From Reclinomonas americana ATCC 50394 (taxonomy: Eukaryota), in assembly GCA_048213135.1 (NCBI GenBank), contig PS015130.1, positions 3,584 to 55,444 on the forward strand: a DNA stretch of 51,861 bases, given 5' to 3'. Position numbers and translations under genes: made by a program. This document shows positions 1 through 12,046 of this stretch, one piece after another (the stretch's first letter is position 1; every line of letters begins with the position of its first letter). The notes under the pieces are model-generated. The model saw nothing but the letters and a program-made list of their open reading frames with translations. It was not told the DNA's origin and ran no database searches.

Positions 1-67
1 AAACAAAAGAGAATGCGTGCATTATTCGCATTATGTCGCGTGCATCTCTTTGTTTCTTGTGTGTGCA

Positions 68-100
<33 letters not shown>

Positions 101-324
101 CTGTGTGTGCATGCGTGATGATGCGGAGAGACACACACATGCATTCAGTTTTTCATCATGCGCATGCTCTCTCTCTCTCACGCTCTCGCCATTCATGTGC
201 ACGCAAGGAGAAAAGACACGCATGTGCATGTGTGTCTTTACATGCGTGAGATTTATCAGTTAGACTCTCCCTTTTTTTCTGATTATTTCCTCGACTCTCC
301 TCTCAACTTCTTCGTGCACAACAG

Positions 325-1906
325 TGCGGACTGGACACGGTGACGCTGCCGCACCTCGATGCGGAGCTGCAGGCTCTGGACGGCGACAAGGATGGCCTCA
401 TTGACATGACTGCGTTGCGTTTTATATTTCTTCCCATCTCAAAGTCTCTCTCTTTTTCTCACTCTCTTTTGCTTGCAAACAGGTTCTCCAAGTTGATGGC
501 CGGTCAGGCGACGCTGCTGCAGCGCGCGCTCTCGCACAATCTGTCGGTGGAGAACTTCCCCGAGTTCTGCGAGGATGTCGTGCGCATCTTCAACCAGTGT
601 GCTTGTGCGTCGCCATGCTCGTTACTCTTTTTATCTCTCTCCTTTGCTCATCCCCCGCCGCGCAGCCATCAGCGAGGGCACGCTGCCGAACTACATCCCG
701 GCGCTCACCGAGATCGACCCCGAGCTCTTCTCGGTGGCCATCACCACGGTCGACGGGCAGATGTTCTTCCACGGCGACGAGGTCGAGTTCCCGCTGGAGG
801 CCAGCGTGCTGCCGTTTGTGTACTGCCTGGTGCGTGTGTGACTAACAACCAACAACCAGCAAGAAGAAGAAGAAGGTGTGCTGAAGAGTGAGTGCGTGCA
901 GCTGTGCGAGGACGTGGGCATTGATGTCGTGGACACACGCATCGGTCGCGAGCCGTCAGGCCAGGCCTTCAACGCGTTCGCGTTGAACGCCAACGACCTG
1001 CCGCACAACCCGCTGCTCAACACGGGCGGCATTGTGATGGCCTCCATGATCCGACCGGACAGCAAGCCGGGCGATCGCTTCTCGTTTGTGCAGTCGGCGC
1101 TCTCTCGAGTGGCCGGCAACTCGCCGATCCACTTCAACCAGCCCGTGTACCTGTCGGAGCACGCCAACTGCGACCGCAACTGTGCGCTGGCCCACTTTAT
1201 GCGCCGCGCTGGCGTGAAGGGTTTGGAGGACTCCAAGCTCGGCGACTGCGTTGATTTCTACCTGCAGGTGTGTATACGTGAGGGAGGAGTGAGGGATGAG
1301 GACTGGGTTGTGTGTGTCTTTTGTAATTCGACAGTGCTTGATCTCGCATGATTTCCCCGCACCCACACTTGCACCATTTCGCAGATGTGCGCCATGCAGT
1401 GCGACACCCCCGCCCTCTCCATCATGTCCGCCACGCTGGCCAACGGCGGCGTGTGCCCGACGACTCAGGAGCGCGTCTTCAACCCGCGCACTGTCAAGGA
1501 CACGCTGGCCATCATGTACAACTGCGGCATGTACGACTTTAGCGGCGAGTGGGCCTTCACAGTCGGTGTGCCGGCCAAGAGCGGCATTGCTGGCAGCCTG
1601 GTCGTTGCGTCTCTCCCGCACCCGCCCCACACACATGTCCTTGTCGTGGAATGGTTTTTTCATTCCGTAATTCCAGGCTGTGATCCCGAACCGCATGGGC
1701 ATTGCGATCTACTCGCCGCTCATCGACAGCCAGGGCAACAGCGTGCGCTGCACCGAGTTCTGCGTCAAGTTGGTGAAGCAGTTCAGCCTCAGCGTGTTCG
1801 ACGATCTCGGTGCGTGCTGCTGCTTCGTGTGGCTTTCTCCGATGTGTCACTCTCTCATCCTTTGCGCGCAGCCTCGATGTACAGCAGTGTGCTGCACCCG
1901 AACTGA
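325..1906 (+). CDS. Glutaminase-family protein with EF-hand-like segment (multi-exon, 5' truncated; catalytic motif degenerate)
   Basis: Spliced exons give GTLPNYIPAL, FSVAITTVDGQ, GREPSGQAFN, PHNPLLNTGGI, LSIMSATLANGGVCP, CGMYDFSGEWAFTVGVPAKSGIAG and SPLIDSQGNSVR, all typical glutaminase motifs. ALDGDKDGLIDM looks like an EF-hand. Stop TGA ends at 1906. Confidence 0.92.
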
Positions 1907-2115
1907 GCTCGGTGCTCGGTTGTATGGCGACGGTCGGTGTGTGTGTGGTGGTTTGTCTTTTCATCGTGGACAGCGTGCATTAAAAATCAAAAAGTACACG
2001 AAAATCGTCTCCTCCCTCCGCGTCACACTTCACTTACAGGTATAACAGTTGTGTATTTAAAATGATTATTATCCTCCTCCCTTGTGGCCTCTCTCTCTCT
2101 CTCTCACTCCTCATT

Positions 2116-5100
2116 CTATTTGGCGACACTTGCCAGCCGCGTCGCCCGCGGATTCGGACGAGCGTGGCCAGCGAGCGGCTTGCTGGGCGGACTCGGCATG
2201 GGTGACGTGGTTACAGATCGGCGAGCTGCAGCTGGCGACTGCGGCGCCGACGATGTCGCACTGCTTCGTGCCGACGACAGTGGCGTCATGCGCCGTGGCG
2301 ACGGCGGTGGAATTGAGAGGCGAGGGATGGTGACCGACGACGAGCGTGTTGGCACCGGTGGCAATTGCACACCCATGGGCTCGCCGTCGATTGGCTTGGC
2401 CACCACCGGCCCTTGCGCCAGCAGCACTGTCCCTGCGCCTCGCGTGTCATCGTCATCACTGGTGTTGGTGGTCGTGGTGACCGAGCTGGCACTGGCGCGC
2501 GGAGTGCCCGGCGCCATGGGTGGCAAGCGCGCACTGCCGCCCACTCGCGCCGACGAATGCCGTGGACGTGCGGAGGTGGCGGCCGTCGCTGGCGCACTGC
2601 CTCCTCCAGTTCGTGCACTCTGCGACGACAAATGTCCGCGTCGGCCTGCGGACGTAGACCGTGTGGCGTCGACTTGGGGACTGATCAGTGTCTTGGTGCC
2701 GTCAATCTGCTGCCTGACCAGCGTCGACTTGATGCGATACCGCCGGTGCACTGAACAAAACAAGAAAGGTCGGTCAGCCACCACCACCACCACACGCAAT
2801 TCTTGTTGTCTCTTCCCGCACACCTTTGTTGCGCACGAGCTCCACCGCAGACACGAGATCAAACGTGGAGGTGGGTCGCGCCACATCGTGCGGATCAGAC
2901 TTGGTGCTCGTGAAATCGGGGTCGAAACGGAAGACGGCCACATTCGGCTCCACGACTGGCTTGCGCGGCATGTACTCTGGCGGCGACGTGAACACTGGAC
3001 CACCGTATGCCTTCTCCACATCGCTACCGCGTGGAACGCCGGCGGGTGCCGACGACAACTTCTTCCGGCGTCGGTGCAGTCGACGAGGTGACACGGGCTT
3101 CAGCGCATCGTTTGCGCCACGCGTCGGCAGCGACATGGACATGAGATTGTGCTTGATCTCCGCCAGCTGGCGCGAGGCAAGTTCCAACTCACGGATGCGC
3201 TGCTGCTGCACGGCCGGTGAGTGCAACGCACACTGGTACAGGCTGTTCAAGTGACCCAAGAACGCGGGACTGCGCAAGCATCGGTGTGAGTCAAAGCATT
3301 AATATTGAACAGTAGACACACGGTGTAGTTGTGCGTGCGCACGCAACTCCAGCATCACTTGCGTGGGGAATCTTTCGCCTTGCTTCAGAGGACCCCACGC
3401 CAGCAGACGCCGCCCACGACGCAGATTGCGCGGCGAGGAGGCCACTGTAGGCGACAGCGCAGATCGGATATTACTGGCCGCCGCCGTCCACCGCGACAGC
3501 ACCTCGTGCGCCATTCCCGTCTCCTCGGCCGTCTGCAGGTCATGCAACCACAACACGACAGTCAGGGAAACACACACAGAAAGAGTGAGGGAGACGGTGG
3601 CAAACACGCACATCGAGTCTGGTCAGTGCGAGCACATTGACGGCAGTCTCTTGCAACTGGCGCTCGAGCTCCTCGTCCGCGGCACTTGGCACATTCGCTT
3701 CGGAAGACTGCGGGCGGAAGTGCGAGGCGTGATCATCGTTCTCGCTCAGCGCGTTGCCATCCGCGCCCACCACACTGCCAGCATGCGGATTCTCCAGCGG
3801 CGGCGACTGCAACAGCAGCGGTCGATGGGCGAGGAGGCGTTTGGCGCCAGCAATGGCCTCCTCTTCCGAGGTGACGGGCGAGCCCTTCTGCCACGAGCCT
3901 CGTCTCTTATTGGCCGAGTGAGAACGGCTGTTGGACGTTGATTGCGGCTGAACAATCGCGCCGTCGCCATCCGCCTCATGGGCGTCACTGCTGTCGCCAA
4001 ACACTTCCGCACTCCCGGCCTCTCCCTCCACCTTGGCCTCCTCCCGCTCCTGCAGCGCATCGCGCAACAGTTGCTGATCCTCCTCATCACCACTTTCAGC
4101 GTCATCACGGATCAGCGGCGGCTGTGGCGACTCCTCGCCGTCCACACTCGCCGCGGCGCCGACTGCCGATTCGGGTCTCTCCACCGTCGGCTGCTGCGAT
4201 TCACCATCCTCGTCCTCCTCCTCCTCCTCGAACTGATCCTCCCCGTCTTCGTAACCGCCATCAGCTCCAGCGTCGTCGTCGCCGGCGAGTCTGTCGCGGT
4301 CACCGACACCACCGTTGACGTGCTCCGTGTGCAGCTCGTCATGCTCGTCAGGGCCACCGCTGTTGTGCTCCTGCTCCTCCTGCCCCTCCTCCTCTTCCTC
4401 CTCAAAATCGTCATCATGATCATCATCCTCATCTTCCTCGAAATCGTCATCGTCCCACTGATCGTCTTCTCGTCGACCCAGCGCAGTTCCACATCGCGGC
4501 GTCGACGGGCGGCCTTGGTAATCATCGTCGTCGCCCTTCTGTGGCCCACCAGCATCGCCACCACCACCGCCAACACCGTTGCCATCGTCGTCGTCGTCTT
4601 CGAACTCGTCGTCATCATAGTGACGCTCGCGTTCAAGCAGAGCCAGCTCTGCCGGGCCCCGCGTCTCCGCCAACGCCGGCCGAATGGCCGGCAGAGGAGG
4701 TCGCTCTCCACGCGGCGAGTACTTGGCCAGCACACGCTGCAGCGCAGCCGCAGTATTCGGTCGCGGTGGCGCCAACTCTGTCGGCACAGAAGACGGCTCG
4801 GCGTTGGCCTTGACCGGGCCCTTGGCGGAGTGCGTTCGACGCCTTCGCTTTCTCACACCAGACGTCGCCGATGATGCACGGGCCGAGTCCGGCACCGGCA
4901 CCGACTTGACGTGTGGCCTCCACAGCGGCACCCACTGGATCTCGAACTTCTTCTGATCCACATGTGGACGGAAGCGTGGCGATGTGATTGGACTGCGCGA
5001 CCGACTGTTCGGCGATCGACTCTGCCGAGTGCGGCCAGTGCCGACACCTGCCGCGGTGTTCGCGTTGAGCCGCGGTGTGGCAGCCTCCGACCGAGAGCCA

Positions 5101-5670
5101 CGCGTGTTGGGCGAGCGAGATGAGCGCGATCGCGGTCGACCTACACCGTCACGTGGAGACAATGCACCAGTCTCCGCACGTCCACGCCGACGAGGGGTGG
5201 TCGACGCCGAACGCGATAACCGACTGCCACTCCTCTTTCCGTCGACACCACCTCCCAGCGACGCCACCGCAGAGAAGCTGAGATCGGCGGCGGTCTCCCG
5301 ACCTTCACCGTCGACGCCATCCAATCCTTCGTGCAGCTCCGGCTGTGGCGATCGGGTCGGTCTGCTGTGGAGGTGCTGCTTGCGGATGCGCTCCATTGCA
5401 CGGTACAGTTCTTGTCGCTGGCGCTCAGCCGCCATCTGTGAGCACACTTATCAGTCAACATCCAGCACATTTTTGCATGCCAAGTGACAAGTCAGGAAAC
5501 GACACAATACCTTCATCTCGAACTCGATGTCGCGCAGTTTGTGATTCAACACATCACCGCGCCGCTGTCGAAACGGACTGCCGTTTCCCAGACCAGCGGC
5601 CTGCACAAGGTCTCGCTCGCGCTGCAGTTCCGCTCGAGTCATGCGCGGCAGCATGCGTGCCTGCACCATG
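2116..5670 (-). CDS. Low-complexity acidic / Ser-Pro-Arg-rich coding exons, probably the 3' part of the ankyrin gene
   Basis: Long ORFs (3540-5447 with a D/E tract, 2774-3277, 2116-3021) are separated by GT-AG intron-like segments. No recognisable domain. The link to the upstream ankyrin exons is inferred. Confidence 0.5.
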
Positions 5671-6059
5671 ATGAGACAGTGAGATGGCGAGCCATACAAC
5701 ACAATTACATGCACAAAAGACGCACCACAGAATCCTCCACAGGTGATCTCGAGGAGAAACGAAGGGCTTGTGGTGCCTGTGCAGGTGTTGCTGGATCCGG
5801 CGACGTCACTTGTGGAAGCCGAGCGCTGAGGAAGTACACAACGCAATGAGGAAAGCAGACACAAAGTGACAGACGGCAGCAACAGTGGACGCAACACGTC
5901 TATTTGTCGGTTGCGACTGAGCAACGTCACATTCAGTCGAACAGTGGGAGTCGACACCGCCTCTGACGAAGGAGTCGAGACGTGCGCTGGCTCGAACGCT
6001 GCCAAACAGACGCCCCTTTCGTGAGCCCAACACCCACTGCTCACACTAACGGAACAAAT

Positions 6060-9000
6060 GACACGCAACTTGCGGTCTTATTGTGTGTGGTCGCCGACGA
6101 TAGCGGTTCTGGCCGTCCTCGATTCAGCGCCGATGGTGGTTGTGATAATCTCTCCCTCGCGGACGGAAGCTGGTCATCACGCAGGGGTTCTGCGACACAC
6201 ACAGTGCACTCAGCTTCCAGTCTCCGCATGGTCAACCTCACAACACGAACCGTCCATGATTGTGTCAATCGCCGACTGCAACTGCTGCTTCTCCATCTCC
6301 GCCACGTCATCCACTGCAATGTCGGCAACAGGCGGGGCTGCAGGCACAAATGAGCACTTCAAAAGCTGCGGCATTACAGTCTGAGTGGAGCACGTCGGGC
6401 AAACCATGAGTGCCACCGCCCTCTGCCAGATGCTCCATCCAGTCAACTCTATTCTGCAGGCGCGCGTGATTGCCGGTAGTGGCCGAAAGCCACGAAGCCG
6501 AGTGCGTCGACTCTGGCACGTGTTCCGCGGGCGGTATTCTGTCGTGGCCTTTCGCCGAGCCCTGTCTCCTTGCTCTCCGACTGCCGTCGGCCGACTGTGT
6601 CAACACTTCACGCACAAAGCTCTCCGTCGACTCATTCGAAGCCTCGGCAGCGAGTTCCTTGCGCGCCGTCTCGATTACTTCTTCCGACATGGTGGTGGCG
6701 AGAGCAGTGGCCGGTGTCACCAACGGCGCAGGCATCGGCTCACTCGCCGCCTCGTCAGCGAGCTCCTGTCGCGCCGCTTGCATCGCCTCCTCCGACATGG
6801 TGGTGGCCAAGGCAGTGGCCGGCGTTACCAACGGTGCGGGCATGGGTTCGCTCGCCGCCTCGTCGGCAAGCTCCTGTCGCGCTGCCTTCATTGCCTCCTC
6901 CGACATGGTGGTGGCGAGAGCAGTGGCGGGTGTCACCAATGGTGCGGGCATCGGCTCACTCGCCGCCTCATCGGCAAGTTCCTGCCGCGCCGCCTTCATC
7001 GCCTCCTCCGACATGGTGGTGGCCAAGGCAGTGGCCGGCGTTACAAGTGGTGCGGGTATGGGCTCACTTGCCGCCTCGTCGGCAAGCTCCTGTCGCGCCG
7101 CCTTCATCGCCTCCTCCGACATGGTGGTGGCGAGAGCAGTGGCGGGTGTCACCAACGGCGCAGGCATCGGCTCCCTCGCCGCCTCGTCGGCAAGCTCCTG
7201 TCGTGCCACTCTCATTGCCTCCTCCGACATGGTGGTGGCCAAGGCAGTGACGGGTGTCACCAGCGGTGCTGGTATGGGCTCACTTGCCGCCTCGTCGGCA
7301 AGCTCCTGTCGCGCCGCCTTCATCGCCTCCTCCGACATGGTGGTGGCCAGGGCAGTGGCGGGTGTCACCAACGGTGCTGGTATGGGCTCACTTGCCGCCT
7401 CGTCGGCAAGCTCCTGTCGCGCCGCCTTCATCGCCTCCTCCGACATGGTGGTGGCGAGAGCAGTGGCGGGTGTCACCAGCGGTGCGGGCATCGGCTCACT
7501 CGCCGCCTCGTCGGCAAGCTCCTGCCGCGCCGTCCTCATTGCCTCCTCTGATATGGTGGTGGCCAGGGCGGTTGTCGGGGTCACCAGCGGCTCATCTGCT
7601 GCCTGTGCCTCGTCTTCGTCTGCCAACTGCTGGCGAGCCGCTTGAATAGCCCCTTCTGAAAGTGTCGTGGCAAGGGCGGTGGTAGGCGAAACCATGGCTG
7701 CATCCTCACCAGTCGCCTCCCCTCGCACAGTCTCCAGCGTGCCGTCTGCGGCCACTGGCTCATCGTCAGCATCCACAGCAATGTGGCGCACGGCATTGGT
7801 CACCACCGATCTGGCGACCTCGCCTGCCAGATCCTCGCAATGATCGATATGCGACGCTTCCGCGTCGGGCGGTGAAGCAGCGCGCAACGCTGCGTCAACC
7901 ACACGCAGTGCGACGTCGTCAGCTTCGGTCTTTGGCGACGACACTTGCCGATCGTGACGGACGCTGCTGCCATCAGTCGACAACCGTTCCTTTCCCTCCT
8001 CGTCCTCTTCCTCTCCCTCAGCCGCCTCGATTGCAGCCGCTGCAGCCGCTGCCGATGCTGACGCGTCTGGATCTTCTGAACCGGCAAACTGCACGCGTCG
8101 TCGCGACCGTTTTCCCTTGTGTCCACTCGTTGGCGACACAGAGGTGGGGATGGGCGACGCAGATGCACGACCGTCGCCTGATGGAGGAGAGAGCGCACGC
8201 GTAACAGCGTCGTGCATGGCTCGCACCACCGTATCATGAGCGACTTCGGGTGACATGACTGCCACCGCAGTCATGGCGCGCCATGCCACTCGACGCACCA
8301 GGGCCGATGCCGTCTCCGCCAGCACGGCTTCACTGGCGGCCTCCTGCTCCGCCAGCTGCAAAGCCCCCTGATACAGCATGCCAATCAAGTCGGTGAACCC
8401 AGCTCCACTCCCACTGTCGTTCAGTGAGCCCCCGCCGGAGGCAGCGGCAGCAGCAATGGACGCGTCCATCTCCTCTTGATTGTCTGCGATCAGTTCGACG
8501 CTGTTTCTCCGTGACTCGGTGACCATTTCTGCAAAGCAGTAAGCGATCCTGGAAGTAATTCGTGTGACACGCCATGCACACTCACCAGCCACATCGCACG
8601 GGGTGCAACCGTCCACGGTCTGGTGGAGAGGATTGGCACCGTATGCGAGCAGCACACGCACAACATCGTCGTTCCCTGTGTACACGGATGAGGCACTTAC
8701 TCACGCGCACACACCGAGACACACAGACACACCTTCGCGTGTGGCCAAAAACAGCGGGGTGATGCCGAGTGCCGTGGCCTCGTCAATGTTCAACCCGTGA
8801 TCGCGATAGTAGATGGCCAGGTACTCCACCACTGCCGCGTGCCCATTCTGTGCGGCCACCAGCAGCGGCGAGGCTTCGGGCTCCCCTGACGGATTGAGCA
8901 GCGCACCGGCAGCCAATAGGTACTGCACAATCTCCAGATGGCCCTGCTGCACCGCCACATACAACGCCGTGGCCGTCGATGTGCCCGGTGTGTCACCCTC

Positions 9001-9590
9001 GCCTGTGGCAATCTGTGCATCCACAAAAGCAGCCAGACGATTGGGGTATCGCTCTCGCACATGTTTCAGCAGCACGGGGACCACATCGGCAGAGCCTGCA
9101 GGCACAAAAGAGTGAGGGAACAGGAGAAGGAGAGGAAACGTGGGCGCAGAGAGAGAGAGAGAGAGCAAACCATTCTGCGCGGCCGCAAAGAGAACCGTGG
9201 CGCCACCACGCGCCTCGGCAAACACATTCGCGCCGGCCTCCAACAAAATCGAGGTGACATCCACAAAGTTGCCGACGGCCGCAAAGAAGAGCGGAGTGAG
9301 ACCATCGTCGTCGGCCTCGTCAATCGACACCTGGTCCTTGCTGCATTTCAGCAGCACCTGCACGTGCTCCGTGAGGCCGGCAAACGCCACAAACATGAGC
9401 GGCGTACGACCGTGTCGCCCGCGCAGTGACGGGTCCAGCGATCCATCGTGCAAGCCCGCACGCAGTGTGTCGGGTGAGCAGCCACGCAGATCGCGAATGT
9501 CGGCTGATGAGCGGTCCGACACGCTGCTCCCTGCTCGCTGTTGCAGCAGCTGTTGTTGTTGCGCTGCGGCTGCTGCGGCGGCTGCTGAGT
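6060..9590 (-). CDS. Ankyrin-repeat protein followed by a 36-aa tandem-repeat region
   Basis: Ankyrin motifs GRTPLMFVAFAG, GLTPLFFAAVGN, TALYVAVQQGHLEIVQYLL, SPLLVAAQNGH, GITPLFLATREG and GCTPCDVA. Continues into the 792-aa ORF 6307-8685. The 5' end is lost at the gap at 9778. Confidence 0.85.
6640..7700 (-). repeat. 108-bp (36-aa) coding tandem repeat, about 9 copies plus a degenerate one
   Basis: The motif gacatggtggtggc recurs every 108 bp from about 6686 to 7550. Unit: TPATALATTMSEEAMKAARQELADEAASEP(I/M)PAPLV. Confidence 0.95.
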
Positions 9591-9677
9591 GAGAAAGAGA
9601 GAGAGAGAAAGAGACAGTGAGAGTGCGTGAGAGAGACAGAACGACGACTGTTCTTTCGTCAGCGTCTTTCTCTCTCT

Positions 9678-9777
<100 letters not shown>

Positions 9778-9862
9778 NNNNNNNNNNNNNNNNNNNNGTT
9801 TTGAGAGTCCTCTCCCTGTCTCCCTCTCATTAACCGTCTCTCTCTCCTTCTTGTTCCCCCAG

Positions 9863-10627
9863 CAAATCAAGTCGTTTGTGGTCGACGGCGTGCAGTACGT
9901 CAACGACGCCTACAACAAGAACAAGTCGATTCTGATTGAGGGCGCCAACGCCACCATGCTGGACATTGACTTTGGCACGTACCCCTACGTCACCTCCTCC
10001 AACCCGTCCATGGGCGGCGCTGTCACCGGCACTGGTCTGGCCCCGTCGACCATTGGCTGCACGATTGGCGTGATGAAGGCGTACACCACCCGTGTGGGTC
10101 ACGGCCCGTTCCCGACCGAGTTGGTGGATGCGGTGGGCGAGACGCTGCGCAAGATTGGCCACGAGTTCGGCACCACCACTGGCCGCCCGCGTCGCTGCGG
10201 CTGGGCCGACGTGCCGATGATGCGCTACGTGCAGCAGATCAACCGCTTCGACTACGTCAACCTCACAAAGCTCGACGTGCTGTCGACTCTCGACGAGATC
10301 AAGGTGGCCACGGCCTACGTGCTCCCCGACGGCAGCAAGCTGGCTCCGGGTGCCTACCCGGCCGTGCTCGAGGACCTCGCCAAGGTCAAGGTCGAGTACG
10401 TGACCGTGCCGGGCTGGAAGAGCGACATTAGCAAGGCCCGCAACATGAAGGATCTGCCGCAGCAGTTGCGTCTGCGTCCGTTGCTGAGTGCAGGTGGGGA
10501 GATGTGATCTGATCTTCCGTGTCGCAGAGCGCGCAAGTACATTGAGCTGCTGGAGGACTCTGTCGGCGTGCCGTTCCGCTGGATTGGTGTCGGCCCCGAC
10601 CGTGTCGACATGATTGTGCGCGCTTGA
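9863..10627 (+). CDS. ADSS: Adenylosuccinate synthetase, C-terminal exons (9863-10464, 10528-10627)
   Basis: ILIEGANATMLDIDFGTYPYVTSS, KAYTTRVGHGPFPTE, EFGTTTGRPRRCGW, LTKLDVL, PGWKSDIS, WIGVGPDR. TGA at 10625-10627. Confidence 0.95.
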
Positions 10628-11780
10628 AGCCATACCAAGCTGCATCTGCACTCACACTCACTCACTCCCACGCACGACCTCTCGACAAACAACCGAGAAG
10701 CACCATTTGCTCGTGCGCAGTGAGTAGTGAACCGCGTGGTGGCTAATAAACAAAAAACAGAACCCACTCGCACACTCAGACAGCGTCCACATGATCGCTC
10801 TCCCGATGCTGCTGCTGCTGCTGCTGCTGCTGCAACTCAACGCCGTCCTCGGGAGGTCCATGACTTCGCACTTGTCCCTCCGGCATGTCACAGCAGCTGG
10901 AGATCGCGCGAGTGAGCAACTGGAGAATAGGCAGACAGACAGACAGGGGGTGAGTCAAACCAGCAATCAGTGCACTCGGGATCGCAACAACAGCAGCAGT
11001 GCTCACGAAACCAAATGCAACAAGCTGCGAGAGAGTGAGATCACTGTGCTTTTCACTGCTTCTCTGTGCGTAGTGCCAACAAGTACCTGGTGGAAAGCAA
11101 CAACACATGCCCTGCAGACAATATGAATGAGCAAACAAAATAACAGAGAGATAGAGANNNNNNNNNNNNNNNNNNNNNNNNNNNNNNNNNNNNNNNNNNN
11201 NNNNNNNNNNNNNNNNNNNNNNNNNNNNNNNNNNNNNNNNNNNNNNNNNNNNNNNNNNNNNNNNNNNNNNNNNNNNNNNNNNNNNNNNNNNNNNNNNNNN
11301 NNNNNNNNNNNNNNNNNNNNNNNNNNNNNNNNNNNNNNNNNNNNNNNNNNNNNNNNNNNNNNNNNNNNNNNNNNNNNNNNNNNNNNNNNNNNNNNNNNNN
11401 NNNNNNNNNNNNNNNNNNNNNNNNNNNNNNNNNNNNNNNNNNNNNNNNNNNNNNNNNNNNNNNNNNNNNNNNNNNNNNNNNNNNNNNNNNNNNNNNNNNN
11501 NNNNNNNNNNNNNNNNNNNNNNNNNNNNNNNNNNNNNNNNNNNNNNNNNNNNNNNNNNNNNNNNNNNNNNNNNNNNNNNNNNNNNNNNNNNNNNNNNNNN
11601 NNNNNNNNNNNNNNNNNNNNNNNNNNNNNNNNNNNNNNNNNNNNNNNNNNNNNNNNNNNNNNNNNNNNNNNNNNNNNNNNNNNNNNNNNNNNNNNNNNNN
11701 NNNNNNNNNNNNNNNNNNNNNNNNNNNNNNNCGGGTTTTGTTGCATAAATATAGATTGATTGACGAATGCACACACTCAC

Positions 11781-12024
11781 CTGCATTGGCGCCTCCGCCG
11801 CAGCGCGCGGTAATGTCAAAGTCCTTGGCAATAAGGTCCACCAACTTGCCCTTGCCCTCGTCACCCCAGTTGGCGCCCATCACGCACGTGACTTGCGCGG
11901 GAAAACTGCGCGAGGCAAAGAGGCGACGCGAGGCTGTGCATGCGTTCAGTGAGACACACTCAATGAGAGAGTGAGAGAGAGAGAGCAAGAGTGATGAGAA
12001 ACCTGTGGTGCACGCTTGCATCAT
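11781..12024 (-). CDS. ADSS: Adenylosuccinate synthetase, N-terminal exons (12003-12024, 11781-11933)
   Basis: [19 protein letters not shown]...[10 protein letters not shown], the P-loop signature of this enzyme, followed by a GTGAGT donor and then an N gap. Confidence 0.9.
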
Positions 12025-12046
12025 GTTTGAAAGGCGTGTGTGTGTC

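Noticed and set aside
2084-7645. Long + strand ORFs antisense to the ankyrin / low-complexity gene
   Set aside because: Shadow frames expected at high GC and in repeats, with no independent protein features.
6640-7700. CRISPR-like regularly spaced repeats
   Set aside because: The whole 108-bp unit repeats, with no unique spacers, and it is in frame in a eukaryotic coding exon.
10776-11864. ORFs running through X stretches
   Set aside because: Artifacts of N gaps. The same applies at 31365-31609 and 37497-37616.
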